DNA of 64,000 bases from Acidobacteriota bacterium (GTDB lineage Bacteria > Acidobacteriota > Polarisedimenticolia > J045), in assembly GCA_024763475.1 (NCBI GenBank), contig JANTFM010000001.1, positions 7,879-71,878 of the forward strand. The letters run 5' to 3'. Below are positions 55,555 to 64,000 of the stretch, one piece after another. Made by a program: the position numbers and the translations under genes. Below the pieces are notes generated by a model, which saw nothing but the letters and a program-made list of their open reading frames with translations, had not been told where the DNA came from and searched no databases. Position 1 is the first letter of the stretch, and every line of letters starts with the position of its first letter.

Positions 55555-55823
55555 TCCTCGAATCCCTCGGGAAACATCAGTTCCCGGCGGGGTGAATTCA
55601 ACTCGCAGCGAGCGAAAGGCTCTCTCTTCTCATGCATGAAGGAGCTTTTTCGGGAATACTCACTGCCGATCTCGGGCCACACGGTCGCCGAGGGGCTTGC
55701 GAAGGCGGGGTTTGCTTCGGCAAGTATCATAATAACAATGTGTTACGAATCAAGCCAAACAATCGGTTGGCGTGAAGGCTGGGGCGCGACCATGTTGTCC
55801 CTGTAAATAAGGAGGTTACATAG

Positions 55824-56081
55824 ATGTCGGAAGAAGCGAAGATCAGGGAGTTCCTCACAGATAGCTACCTCATCTCCGAAGAAGACAAGCTGCAGGATGG
55901 TGACTCGTTCATCGAGAAGGCGGTCCTCGACTCCACTGGCGTGCTCGAACTCGTCGCGTTTCTCGAGGAGTCCTTCTCGGTCAGCGTTGATGATACGGAA
56001 CTGACGCCCGAGAATCTCGATTCGATCAGCCTCGTCGCGGGTTTCGTGCGGCGCAAGATGGCCTCCGCGCCGGCCAGCTAA
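55824..56081 (+). CDS. Acyl carrier protein-like (phosphopantetheine attachment site LDSTG)
   Basis: 85 aa. The ATG at 55824 is preceded by AAGGAGG. Acidic four-helix composition with Ser in DSTGVLEL. Confidence 0.55.
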   Translation: MSEEAKIREFLTDSYLISEEDKLQDGDSFIEKAVLDSTGVLELVAFLEESFSVSVDDTELTPENLDSISLVAGFVRRKMASAPAS

Positions 56082-56101
56082 GCACCGGCAGCGGGACCGT
56101 C

Positions 56102-57043
56102 ATGGACTCCAGTCCCATCAATGCCTTCACGGTGGACGTGGAAGACTACTTCCAGGTCTCCGCGTTCGAGGAGCTCTTCCCGCGTACCCGCTGGGATGAG
56201 ATCCCTCTGCGCGTTGAGCTCGGTCTCGATCGGGTGCTGGAACTCCTCGAGGACGCCGGGGTCCATGGGACCTTCTACATCCTCGGATGGCTTGCCCGCC
56301 GCCGCCCTGATCTCGTACGAAAGATCAGAGAGGGAGGTCACGAACTCGGGTGCCATAGCTTGGAGCATCGCCTGGTCTACAGCATGGATCGGGGGGCCTT
56401 TCGAGCAGACCTGCGGGAGGCCCTGGACTCCCTTGAGCAGGCGGCCGGAGTGCGCGTGATCCACTACCGGGCTCCCAGCTTCTCGATCACCGCCAAGAGC
56501 CTTTGGGCGCTGGAGATCCTGGCCGAGGAAGGCATTCGGGTCGACAGCAGCATTTACCCGGTCTATCACGATCGCTACGGCATTGCGGGGGCGCCCCGTG
56601 GACCCTTCCGGCCGCTGGCCGGATTTCCGGAGTTCGTGGAAGTTCCCCCCTCGACCGTCAAGGTCTTTTCCGCCGTGTTGCCTTGCGCTGGCGGAGGTTA
56701 CCTGCGTCTGTATCCCCTCAGCCTGACACGGGCCGCGATTCGCCGGATCCAGCGCCAGGATGGACGGGGGGCCGTGGTCTACGTCCATCCTTGGGAGTTC
56801 GATCCCGGGCAGCCCGTCGTCCCCTCCTCGAGGATGAAGACCTTTCGCCACAGGGTCGGACTTTCGCGCAACCAGGCGAGGGCGCGTTCGCTGCTCAAGA
56901 CCTTCCGCTTCGGCACGATGAGTCACTTCGTTCAGGCGCGGGGCGGCGCGAAGGCTCTTCCCTTGGTTGAACTGGGCCCTGGCGAGGTACCGAAGGATCG
57001 GAACGAGTCTGAGCGAAGCGGGGTCCCTTCGGATCGGACATGA
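56102..57043 (+). CDS. Polysaccharide deacetylase family protein of the XrtA/PEP-CTERM-locus type (TIGR03006-like)
   Basis: The N-terminus FTVDVEDYFQVSAFEELFPRTRWDEIP and HGTFYILGWLARRRPDLVRKI are characteristic of the exosortase-locus deacetylase subfamily. Assigned from motif memory. Confidence 0.65.
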   Translation: MDSSPINAFTVDVEDYFQVSAFEELFPRTRWDEIPLRVELGLDRVLELLEDAGVHGTFYILGWLARRRPDLVRKIREGGHELGCHSLEHRLVYSMDRGAFRADLREALDSLEQAAGVRVIHYRAPSFSITAKSLWALEILAEEGIRVDSSIYPVYHDRYGIAGAPRGPFRPLAGFPEFVEVPPSTVKVFSAVLPCAGGGYLRLYPLSLTRAAIRRIQRQDGRGAVVYVHPWEFDPGQPVVPSSRMKTFRHRVGLSRNQARARSLLKTFRFGTMSHFVQARGGAKALPLVELGPGEVPKDRNESERSGVPSDRT

Positions 57044-57127
57044 CCTGGCGTGACGGAAGTCACGCGAATGTTCGCAAGGCGGGCGACGCGGCCCTGGGCG
57101 AGGGGTCTGTCGCGTCAGGGAAGCCCC

Positions 57128-58312
57128 TCAGCGACTTTCCGAAACGCCAAACAGTCGCTTGAGAAAGCGGGCGCTGCTGCGCACCGCGTCACCGCCCGTG
57201 GCCTCAACGATGGCCCCGAAGCGGCGCGCGATGTCGGGAGCGACCTTCTTGCTGACCATGCGAGCGAGGCGTCGTGAGGCTTCCCGCCAGGTGGCGGCGT
57301 CCCAGGGCTTGATGCCGACCCGCCGCGTGCGCAGTGCGCGGCAGCGATGAACTGCGGCGTCTCCCAGGCGAACGGTGATCAGGCCGTTGGCGACCCCCTG
57401 GCCAACGGGCCCGGCGAGCTTCGAAGTCCAGTTCCCCATGACATCCGCCGCCATTTCGCTTGCGGAGTCGGTGACGCGCTCGATCACCCCTGCGGCCGCT
57501 GCCACTGCCATCACGTCCCGCACGATGCGCGTCGTGCCGAGCAGGCCAGGCCGGCTGTAATAGAGGGTCGCGATGCGGACCATCAGCTCGATGTTCCTCA
57601 GCAGGGTGATCAGCACATCGAAGAGCGCCGAGGGCGTCATCGCCGTGAGCACGGCGACTTCGGTCGCCGCCCTCCAGACCACGTTGCGCGCGAGGCGGTC
57701 GAGCGGCTCGAGGGCTTCATCGATAGCTTTCTTGGTCTGTGCAACGACCTCGACGGGGTTCTTCAGCCGTGTCGCATCATCGATGGCAGCGAGGAGGGCG
57801 GGGAGGCGCTCTCGGGCTTCCTCGGGCAGCGACGGATTCCTTTCCTGCCGGGCAACATAGCGCCGGCAGAAGGCGAGATACGAGTTGAGCTGCCGCTGGT
57901 TCCACTCCTCGAGATCGGTCGGCAGGTCAGGAGGGAGGATGACTCGCGGGATCTTCGCCCAGCGCCAGGCTGCCCACGAGAGGAATCCCGCGACAGTCAT
58001 CAATAGCAATCCGGATACGGTCCACGCCAGGATGGGGTGGATCCCCGCCAGCAGGCTGTGAAGGTGGATTGCTTCGAGAAGAATCACTCCCCCGGCAACG
58101 AGGAGTCCCGCGATGAAGACTCGGCGCAGGAGGGTCCAGGCGCGGCCCAGGGTAGCGCTCAGGTGAGGAAAGCTGGAACTGCCTTCGCCCTGTTCGATTT
58201 CCGGATCCGTAGATCTACTCACGAGCACTCCTCCCGCGGCGGCGAAGATGGTGAACGAGCCAGGCGATGGACAGGCCGCAGGTCGCACCCGTCGAGTCGA
58301 TAAACGCATCAA
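57128..58312 (-). CDS. Hypothetical membrane protein (2-3 TM helices near the N-terminus, ~270-aa alpha-helical C-terminal domain)
   Basis: Long ORF with no recognised family. The start is uncertain (98-nt overlap with the upstream gene if 58312 is used). Confidence 0.35.
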   Translation of the reverse strand: MMRLSTRRVRPAACPSPGSFTIFAAAGGVLVSRSTDPEIEQGEGSSSFPHLSATLGRAWTLLRRVFIAGLLVAGGVILLEAIHLHSLLAGIHPILAWTVSGLLLMTVAGFLSWAAWRWAKIPRVILPPDLPTDLEEWNQRQLNSYLAFCRRYVARQERNPSLPEEARERLPALLAAIDDATRLKNPVEVVAQTKKAIDEALEPLDRLARNVVWRAATEVAVLTAMTPSALFDVLITLLRNIELMVRIATLYYSRPGLLGTTRIVRDVMAVAAAAGVIERVTDSASEMAADVMGNWTSKLAGPVGQGVANGLITVRLGDAAVHRCRALRTRRVGIKPWDAATWREASRRLARMVSKKVAPDIARRFGAIVEATGGDAVRSSARFLKRLFGVSESR

Positions 58313-59534
58313 AGAGGCGTGGTTCCCGGTTCACGACAGTGATCTGAAGCAGCTCGGTCGCGGCGGCGAAGAGCAGCAGGCCGCTGAGCAGCAAGACAAT
58401 ACTGCCGAAGGAGAGAGCCTCCGCGCGCGCGAGGGAGAGAAGGCCAAAGAGGCCGAGCACCGCAAAGAGGAGTCCGTGTCCGCTCTTCTTGAGTTGGTGG
58501 GAGATTGCATTGCGCGTCACCAACTGATCGGTCGTGAGCTTCTTTTTCTCCGGTTTTCTGGCTCTTTTTACGGTCTTCTGTGCGGCTCCCCGCTCCTCCG
58601 TCTTCGCCTCAGCCGTGACGGATTTTTTCTCCGCGACCTGAGGGGGTGTGGTCGTCAGCTTGGGTGGGGCGGCGAGTTCCTGCACGCTCGCCACGAGTTC
58701 CACCGGACCTTCGAGGGCGGCGCCCACCGTCGTCGCGGGCAATGCAACCCCTGCGACGATGATCAAGGTCGTCAGCACCAGAACCGTTCCCCAGGGTCGT
58801 TGCCAGAGGCGCAAGCGAAAGATGCAGTAGAGCAGCATGACGCCCCAAGCGGTGGCGAACAGCGTCTTCCAGGTGCCGACGGTCGACTTGGCGCGGACGG
58901 GTGTCAGGTGCAGGTCGTCCGCCCAGGCGGTGCCCGAACGAGCGGGGTTCTGCACGACGATCTGACCATGCTTGGCGTAGGATGGCACGACGAACGATGC
59001 TTCGTAGCGCTGCCACCCCTGGGTTCCGGTCAAGGAGCAGAGCGTATGCGGAAGGTCCCAGTGGGCCTTGCCCAGGTGGTCGGTGAAGAAGAGTAGGATG
59101 CGTGCGCTTCGCCAGGGATGACGGCCCATGACCACCCGCTCGACGCGCATGCGTCCACTGAGCCGCAGGGCCTCGTATTGCCGGGGATTCTCGATCACGA
59201 AGTCGACGCGGCCGCCCTTCTCGTCCCTGGTCTCGAGCCGCAGGCCTGCGCTGCCGCCGAAGCCCTCGCCTTCGGTCCAGTACAGGCGCGGGCTCAGTGT
59301 CTTCCAGCCGCTTCCCGGCTTGAGCGGGTTGGTCGTGAAGTCGCCACCAATCTCGATCTCAGGGCCCGCCACGAGATAGGGATCATAAGTCGAGTAAAAC
59401 AGGCCCATCAGTCCCAGGAAGAGCAGGGCAGGAATCAGGCAGGAGAGCAGCAGGGCTCCCGGAGAATCTCTCTGCTTTGGACTGCTCTGGCCCAAGGTCA
59501 CGCCATCCCTTTCGCGGAGAAACTCTACCCGCAA
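58215..59534 (-). CDS. Membrane protein with an N-terminal extracytoplasmic domain and a C-terminal VanZ-like domain
   Basis: C-terminal VanZ-like motifs are GHGLLFAVLGLF...ATELLQ...R...D...DSTGA. There is an N-terminal TM anchor plus a ~200-aa W/Y-rich domain. Confidence 0.45.
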   Translation of the reverse strand: MRVEFLRERDGVTLGQSSPKQRDSPGALLLSCLIPALLFLGLMGLFYSTYDPYLVAGPEIEIGGDFTTNPLKPGSGWKTLSPRLYWTEGEGFGGSAGLRLETRDEKGGRVDFVIENPRQYEALRLSGRMRVERVVMGRHPWRSARILLFFTDHLGKAHWDLPHTLCSLTGTQGWQRYEASFVVPSYAKHGQIVVQNPARSGTAWADDLHLTPVRAKSTVGTWKTLFATAWGVMLLYCIFRLRLWQRPWGTVLVLTTLIIVAGVALPATTVGAALEGPVELVASVQELAAPPKLTTTPPQVAEKKSVTAEAKTEERGAAQKTVKRARKPEKKKLTTDQLVTRNAISHQLKKSGHGLLFAVLGLFGLLSLARAEALSFGSIVLLLSGLLLFAAATELLQITVVNREPRLFDAFIDSTGATCGLSIAWLVHHLRRRGRSARE

Positions 59535-59546
59535 AGTGGGAGGGAA

Positions 59547-61091
59547 TCACGGGCAGCCGCTGAACTCCTGGGACCTGCAGGGACTACTGGAAGGTGGGCG
59601 CTCACCCCCATCGCTGGCTTGCCCGTAGGAGCCTTCTCTGCTGCCTCCCTGGGGGACGACGAGGAAGTAGAGGCTTCCACTCCCGGGAGTGATCCTGTCG
59701 TGGGTCAGGCCAAAGGTCGTGCAGGTCTTGGGCTGGTGGGAGTAGATTCCGGAGAGACTCCCCTGGTAGATGCTGTAGTCCGAGTCTCCCGCAAGACAGG
59801 ACGCATCCCAGACGAGATCCAGGTCGCTTCCTGTGGCCTTGCTCACGCTGAGTCCCTGTTCGCCAACCCCTTCACCATTCGGCACCTTGCCAGCGCCACC
59901 GAGGGCTATACGTTCCGTGTAGACGGAGTTTGCCCCCTTCCAGTACATGAACGGGATCGAGTTGGCACCTGCGGGTACTTTCCAGACGGGGTTGGGTTGC
60001 CGATTGTTGTTGTGGTCGAAGGTCAGCTGAACAGCGGGTCCCCAAGTGCTGTTCGCACCACTCCATTTGCGATACCAGATATCCGACTGAGTCGCCGAGT
60101 TGTTGCGGTCCAAAGCGGCAAAAACCCAGAGGTCGGTGCCCCGGTGGGTTGTCGCTGCACGGAAACCATAGCTGTTCTGCTCCGGGTGGTCGAAGACCGG
60201 GATGTAGGTCCAGGCCCCGGCCTCGCCCATCCGTTTGTGGGCATGCTGGACGCGCTCTCCCGTGCAGGACCAGATGACATGCAGCGTGTTGTCTTCGGTG
60301 ACGGAGAATGCGAATTCCCGGGTCAGAGCACTGGAATCACAGTTGTTCCCGTCGTCCGAATCCCAGACGAGGCTGTCCTCCGGTTGTGTGAAGGAGGAGC
60401 CGTTCCACCGGTAATACTCGATACGGGCGCCATCACACCAGGCGACGACGACAGGCCGACCGCTGGCATCGAGGGTCGAGCCAATCCGGATATTGGTATC
60501 TGACAAGTTCGCGACGAATCCGCTACCTTTTGGCGAACCGTCATGCCCGTAGCGGAAATAGCGGAGGTTTCCTCCCGCGTAATTCGAGGTCCGGGTGAAC
60601 ACGAAGATCTCGTCATCCGTTGCGACCACGTTGGAACGCTTGCTGCGGCCGCCATCCGTCGCGATCTCGACCTCGGGGCCGATCCGTGCCGTCGACGCCG
60701 CCGGGCTGCTGATCTTCTGCCAGTAGATCCGTGTTCCGTCGGGATAGCTGATCCACAGGTCTCGTCCGTTTCCTGTCAGCGACGCGTGATAGTCGACCCA
60801 GCCGTGGACCTGCCCACCGTGCTCGGTATCGTAAGTATTGGCTGCTGTATCGCTGAATGCGGTCCAGGTGGCACCACCATCCAAAGACTTGAAGATTTGG
60901 TCATGATTGTCTGCAATGACGAGCCAAAGCTCGTTGGGATCGGACGCGTTGGCGAACATTTTCCAGCGCGGAATATTCAGCGTGGGGTTCGAGGACGTGG
61001 TGTTCAGGATGTGCGTTTCCGCCCCTGCGCCGGAAAAGAGCGAAAGTACAAGAATAACCAAGAACAACTTCGTCAAGGATTCGGGGATCAC
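59547..61091 (-). CDS. Secreted protein of unknown function (signal peptide; W/Y/D/G-rich, probable beta-propeller-like repeats)
   Basis: The N-terminus MIPESLTKLFLVILVLSLFSGAGA is a signal peptide. There are recurring W-x-S/T-x-D/G blade-like segments. No confident family assignment. Confidence 0.45.
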   Translation of the reverse strand: MIPESLTKLFLVILVLSLFSGAGAETHILNTTSSNPTLNIPRWKMFANASDPNELWLVIADNHDQIFKSLDGGATWTAFSDTAANTYDTEHGGQVHGWVDYHASLTGNGRDLWISYPDGTRIYWQKISSPAASTARIGPEVEIATDGGRSKRSNVVATDDEIFVFTRTSNYAGGNLRYFRYGHDGSPKGSGFVANLSDTNIRIGSTLDASGRPVVVAWCDGARIEYYRWNGSSFTQPEDSLVWDSDDGNNCDSSALTREFAFSVTEDNTLHVIWSCTGERVQHAHKRMGEAGAWTYIPVFDHPEQNSYGFRAATTHRGTDLWVFAALDRNNSATQSDIWYRKWSGANSTWGPAVQLTFDHNNNRQPNPVWKVPAGANSIPFMYWKGANSVYTERIALGGAGKVPNGEGVGEQGLSVSKATGSDLDLVWDASCLAGDSDYSIYQGSLSGIYSHQPKTCTTFGLTHDRITPGSGSLYFLVVPQGGSREGSYGQASDGGERPPSSSPCRSQEFSGCP

Positions 61092-61270
61092 TGCGGCCTA
61101 CTCCTGTTGCGAACCTTCCAAGGTGAACGTGGGCCCAGCCTTCCGCGCCCGCAAGCGAGTGTACGGCAAAGACCTGAAAAAGCAGCCCCTTTCTTGGCGG
61201 GTCGCCGCAGGTCGGCGGCCTCCAGCGGCTGAACGCGCCGGGCCCAGGCTAAACGCGATCGAAACTCGGA

Positions 61271-62242
61271 TCAGCCGCGAAGGACGATAAACACGACATA
61301 GGCCAGGTAGGCGGCGAGCCCCAGGGCCCCCTCAAATCGCCCGATCCGCCGCCGATGCCCGACGAAGGTCACTACGAAGAGCGCGACCGTCACGCCGCAG
61401 AGGAGCAGGAGATCCGTATTGAGCATCGGATGGAAGCCGATGGGTGAGATCACCGAGGCAAGCCCCAGGATCCAGAAGATGTTGACGATGTTCGACCCGA
61501 CGACGTTGCCAATGGCGATGTCCGAATTTCCCTTGCGGGCGGCCATGATGGCGGCAGCCAGTTCGGGAAGCGAGGAGCCGACCGCGAGGATGGTCAGGCC
61601 GATCATCGCTTCGCTCAAGCCCGCCTGGCGTGCGAGGAGCACCGCGCCATCTACGATCCAGTCGCCGCCGAAGGTGAGTGAGACCACTCCACCGAAGATC
61701 ATGAGCAGGGACAGTGTCCACGAGAGGCTCCGGTCCGGGGGGGTGTCCAGCGAGACATCATTGTTGCCCTGGCGGGCAATAGAGAAGACGTAATACGAAA
61801 ACAGAACGAAAAAACCAAGGAGGACCAGGCCATCGCCCCGCCCCAGCCCGGCGTGATCGCTGCCCGTGCCCCCGAAGAAGCGGTCGTTGACCAGGACGCC
61901 CAGGATGAGCGTCGCGACCAGCATGAACGGGATCTCCTTGTAGAGCGTGTTCCGTTTGATCAGCAAGGGCCGGATCACCGCTGCTGTTCCGATGATGAGG
62001 AGTGTGTTGGAGATGTTGGAGCCGATGATGTTACCCATCGCAAGATCGTTCGAGCCGGAGAAGCTCGCGAGGATCGAGATCACGAGTTCTGGGGCTGAGG
62101 TTCCCAGGGACACGATCGTCAGGCCGACGACGATGTCCGAAATCTTCATCTTGCGGGCGATGGCGGCGGAACCTTCGACGAGGTAGTGCGCGCCTCCGAT
62201 GAGAAGCGGAAAACCCAGGGCAAATAGCAAATAAGTAAGCAT
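61271..62242 (-). CDS. Ca2+/cation antiporter, CaCA family (YrbG-like)
   Basis: Two alpha-repeat signatures: GNIIGSNISNTLLIIG and GNVVGSNIVNIFWILG. Start is at MLTYLLF (62242); the extension to 62539 is rejected. Confidence 0.8.
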   Translation of the reverse strand: MLTYLLFALGFPLLIGGAHYLVEGSAAIARKMKISDIVVGLTIVSLGTSAPELVISILASFSGSNDLAMGNIIGSNISNTLLIIGTAAVIRPLLIKRNTLYKEIPFMLVATLILGVLVNDRFFGGTGSDHAGLGRGDGLVLLGFFVLFSYYVFSIARQGNNDVSLDTPPDRSLSWTLSLLMIFGGVVSLTFGGDWIVDGAVLLARQAGLSEAMIGLTILAVGSSLPELAAAIMAARKGNSDIAIGNVVGSNIVNIFWILGLASVISPIGFHPMLNTDLLLLCGVTVALFVVTFVGHRRRIGRFEGALGLAAYLAYVVFIVLRG

Positions 62243-62609
62243 AGTCTCGTTTCGTACGCCTTCCGCGGGATGCCGTGGTAGAGGATAGCTGGGATCGACG
62301 GAGGAGGATACGCCACTTCTGTCCGCATGGTCCCGGAAACAGAGGGTTGCCGTTCGCCGAGCGCGTCCCATCTCGAACGAAACAAACAGTGTTTGTGGTT
62401 TCTTCAGCTTGACGCCCATGGGGGGCGTTGATACCATCCGCCATTCCCGTGCCGAAGATGGCGCGCAGGGTGCTTGTGTGCGGGTCAAGCGCAACGCGCC
62501 TGCGTTCTGTTCAACGGACGAGGCGAAACTCGTAGGCAAGACCGGTTCAAACCCTACTCCCAGGAGGCTCGGGAGGCCTCGGGATCGAGGGCAGGAGATC
62601 GTAGCTAAG

Positions 62610-63179
62610 ATGAGTGACGCCCACTTGGTGGCCAGCCGTTACGCTCAGGCCCTGTCCGATGCCGTGACCGAGATCGGAGAATTCGACCGGGTGAAACGGG
62701 AGCTTCGCGTGCTCTCAGATCTCGTGACGGCGGACGATGAGTTGCGCCACGCGTTGGCCAACCCGGTGATCGGGGTCGTTTCTAAGGGTCGCGTGCTTGC
62801 CGAGATCGTCAAGCGCTCGGAGTTTTCTCCCCGCACGGCGCGCTTCGTCGCCGTACTTGCCGAGCGCGAGCGCCTCGCCCTGCTTGGTGAGATCGCGAGC
62901 GCGGTCGAGGAAGTGTATGACCACCGCACCGATGTTCACGAGGTCGAGATCACCTCGGCCGCACCGCTCGCGGACGATCTTCGCGAGCGACTGACCAGCG
63001 CCTTGGGCAAGGTTGCCGGTGGGCGGATTCGTATCAGCGAGAGTGTGGATCCCGAATTGCTGGGCGGTGTGGTCGCCCGCGTCGGAAGTACGGTCTTTGA
63101 CGGCAGTCTCAAGACGAGACTTCAAGCTTTGCATTCGAAGATGACTGGCCGAGGCGCACGCGGCAACGCTGCAGGATGA
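62610..63179 (+). CDS. atpH: F0F1 ATP synthase subunit delta
   Basis: 189 aa. The OSCP/delta-like N-terminus is [13 protein letters not shown] and it carries the [19 protein letters not shown]-terminal motif. It lies directly upstream of atpA. Confidence 0.7.
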   Translation: MSDAHLVASRYAQALSDAVTEIGEFDRVKRELRVLSDLVTADDELRHALANPVIGVVSKGRVLAEIVKRSEFSPRTARFVAVLAERERLALLGEIASAVEEVYDHRTDVHEVEITSAAPLADDLRERLTSALGKVAGGRIRISESVDPELLGGVVARVGSTVFDGSLKTRLQALHSKMTGRGARGNAAG

Positions 63180-63219
63180 GGAGACGGGCCGCAGGACGGC
63201 CCGCTCAGGAGCAAATCGC

Positions 63220-64000
63220 ATGGAATTCAAGGTCGGCGAGATCAGCGAGATCCTCAAGAGGCAGATCGAAGGCTACGAGGAGACGATCGACGTAGCCGAG
63301 GTCGGCACGGTCACCAGCGTTGGTGATGGTGTAGCCCGGGTCTACGGGCTGGAGAACGCGGCATACATGGAAATGCTCGCGTTGCCCCATGATGTCTACG
63401 GCATCGCGCTCAACCTGGAGGAGGACAGCGTTGGCGTCGTCCTCTTTGGTGAAGTGCATAAAGTCAAGGAAGGCGACCAGGTCCGCCGCACGGGCAGGAT
63501 CATGTCTGTGCCGGTTGGGGAGGCGATGCTTGGCCGTGTCGTGGATGCCTTGGGTCGTCCGATTGATGGGCGCGGTCCGATCGAGACCAGCCAGGTCGCC
63601 CCGGTCGAGCGGATCGCACCTGGCGTGGTGTACCGCCAGCCGGTGAACGAGCCGCTGCAGACGGGCATCAAGGCCATCGACGCCATGATCCCGATCGGTC
63701 GCGGTCAGCGCGAGTTGATCATCGGCGACCGCCAGACCGGAAAGACCGCGGTGGCGATTGATACGATCATCAACCAGAAGAGTACGGATGTCATCTGCAT
63801 CTACGTCGCGATCGGCCAGAAGCAGTCGACCGTTGCCAACGTGGTGAAGACCCTGGAGGAAGCCGGCGCGATGGAGTACACCGTCGTCGTCGTGGCGGGC
63901 GCTTCCGACCCTGCGGCGATGCAATACATCTCGCCTTACTCCGGTGTCGCGATCGGTGAGTTCTTCCGCGATCGCGGCGGCCATGTCCTGACGATCTACG
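63220..64000 (+). CDS. atpA: F0F1 ATP synthase subunit alpha (N-terminal 260 aa; continues beyond window)
   Basis: The N-terminus [14 protein letters not shown]...[11 protein letters not shown] is typical of AtpA. Walker A is GDRQTGKT. Frame 1 stays open to the window end. Confidence 0.9.
   Translation, partial: MEFKVGEISEILKRQIEGYEETIDVAEVGTVTSVGDGVARVYGLENAAYMEMLALPHDVYGIALNLEEDSVGVVLFGEVHKVKEGDQVRRTGRIMSVPVGEAMLGRVVDALGRPIDGRGPIETSQVAPVERIAPGVVYRQPVNEPLQTGIKAIDAMIPIGRGQRELIIGDRQTGKTAVAIDTIINQKSTDVICIYVAIGQKQSTVANVVKTLEEAGAMEYTVVVVAGASDPAAMQYISPYSGVAIGEFFRDRGGHVLTIY

Noticed and set aside
1-64000. Mobile elements, integrases, transposases, tRNA or rRNA genes
   Set aside because: No transposase/integrase-like translations, no terminal inverted repeats flanking a gene, and no rRNA-like or tRNA-like stretches were recognised. 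Compositional dips coincide with ordinary promoter regions.

Overview
High-GC (~68%) bacterial chromosomal segment, gene-dense on both strands. The domain repertoire (DUF1570, PKD and cadherin-like arrays, lamin-tail domain, split BY-kinase, PEP-CTERM-type EPS genes) is typical of Myxococcota/Planctomycetota-like genomes; this is a low-confidence guess. Left to right the window contains: the 3' end of a Wzy_C/O-antigen-ligase-like gene running into a 40-bp x6 tandem repeat; a DUF438(hemerythrin/PAS)-DUF1858 gene pair; a secreted FN3 + lamin-tail-domain protein; an HTH_XRE-TPR regulator translationally coupled (ATGA) to a secreted protein, preceded by a duplicated ~93-bp intergenic element; a degraded TMTC/PMT-like gene fragment; a 2359-aa secreted multidomain protein built from five in-frame tandem units (978 bp each) of [uncharacterised ~150-aa module + PKD + cadherin-like], then DUF2341, a GH43-like beta-propeller, a LamG-like region and a sixth copy of the unknown module; a Wzx flippase and an Asp/Glu racemase; a TetR regulator with a two-gene CoA-enzyme-activase/HgdB-like system; a GntR(YtrA-like)-ABC module carrying an unusual 50-bp tandem duplication across a gene junction; a TPR protein; and a TonB-C/DUF1570 fusion. 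The most notable locus is a complete alternative complex III operon (actABCDEFG) immediately followed by heme-copper-oxidase subunit II-like and subunit I-like genes in which the CuA, CuB and heme a/a3 ligands are all replaced (an apparent pseudo-oxidase). Downstream are a beta-carbonic anhydrase, lgt, a 13-gene exopolysaccharide cluster (Cys-less AsnB-like, GT2/GT4 glycosyltransferases, acetyltransferase, BY-kinase, PCP, Wza-like, ACP, XrtA-type deacetylase) with no exosortase in the window, a CaCA antiporter and the start of the F-ATPase operon (atpH, atpA). No tRNA, rRNA, CRISPR or transposase/integrase genes were recognised.
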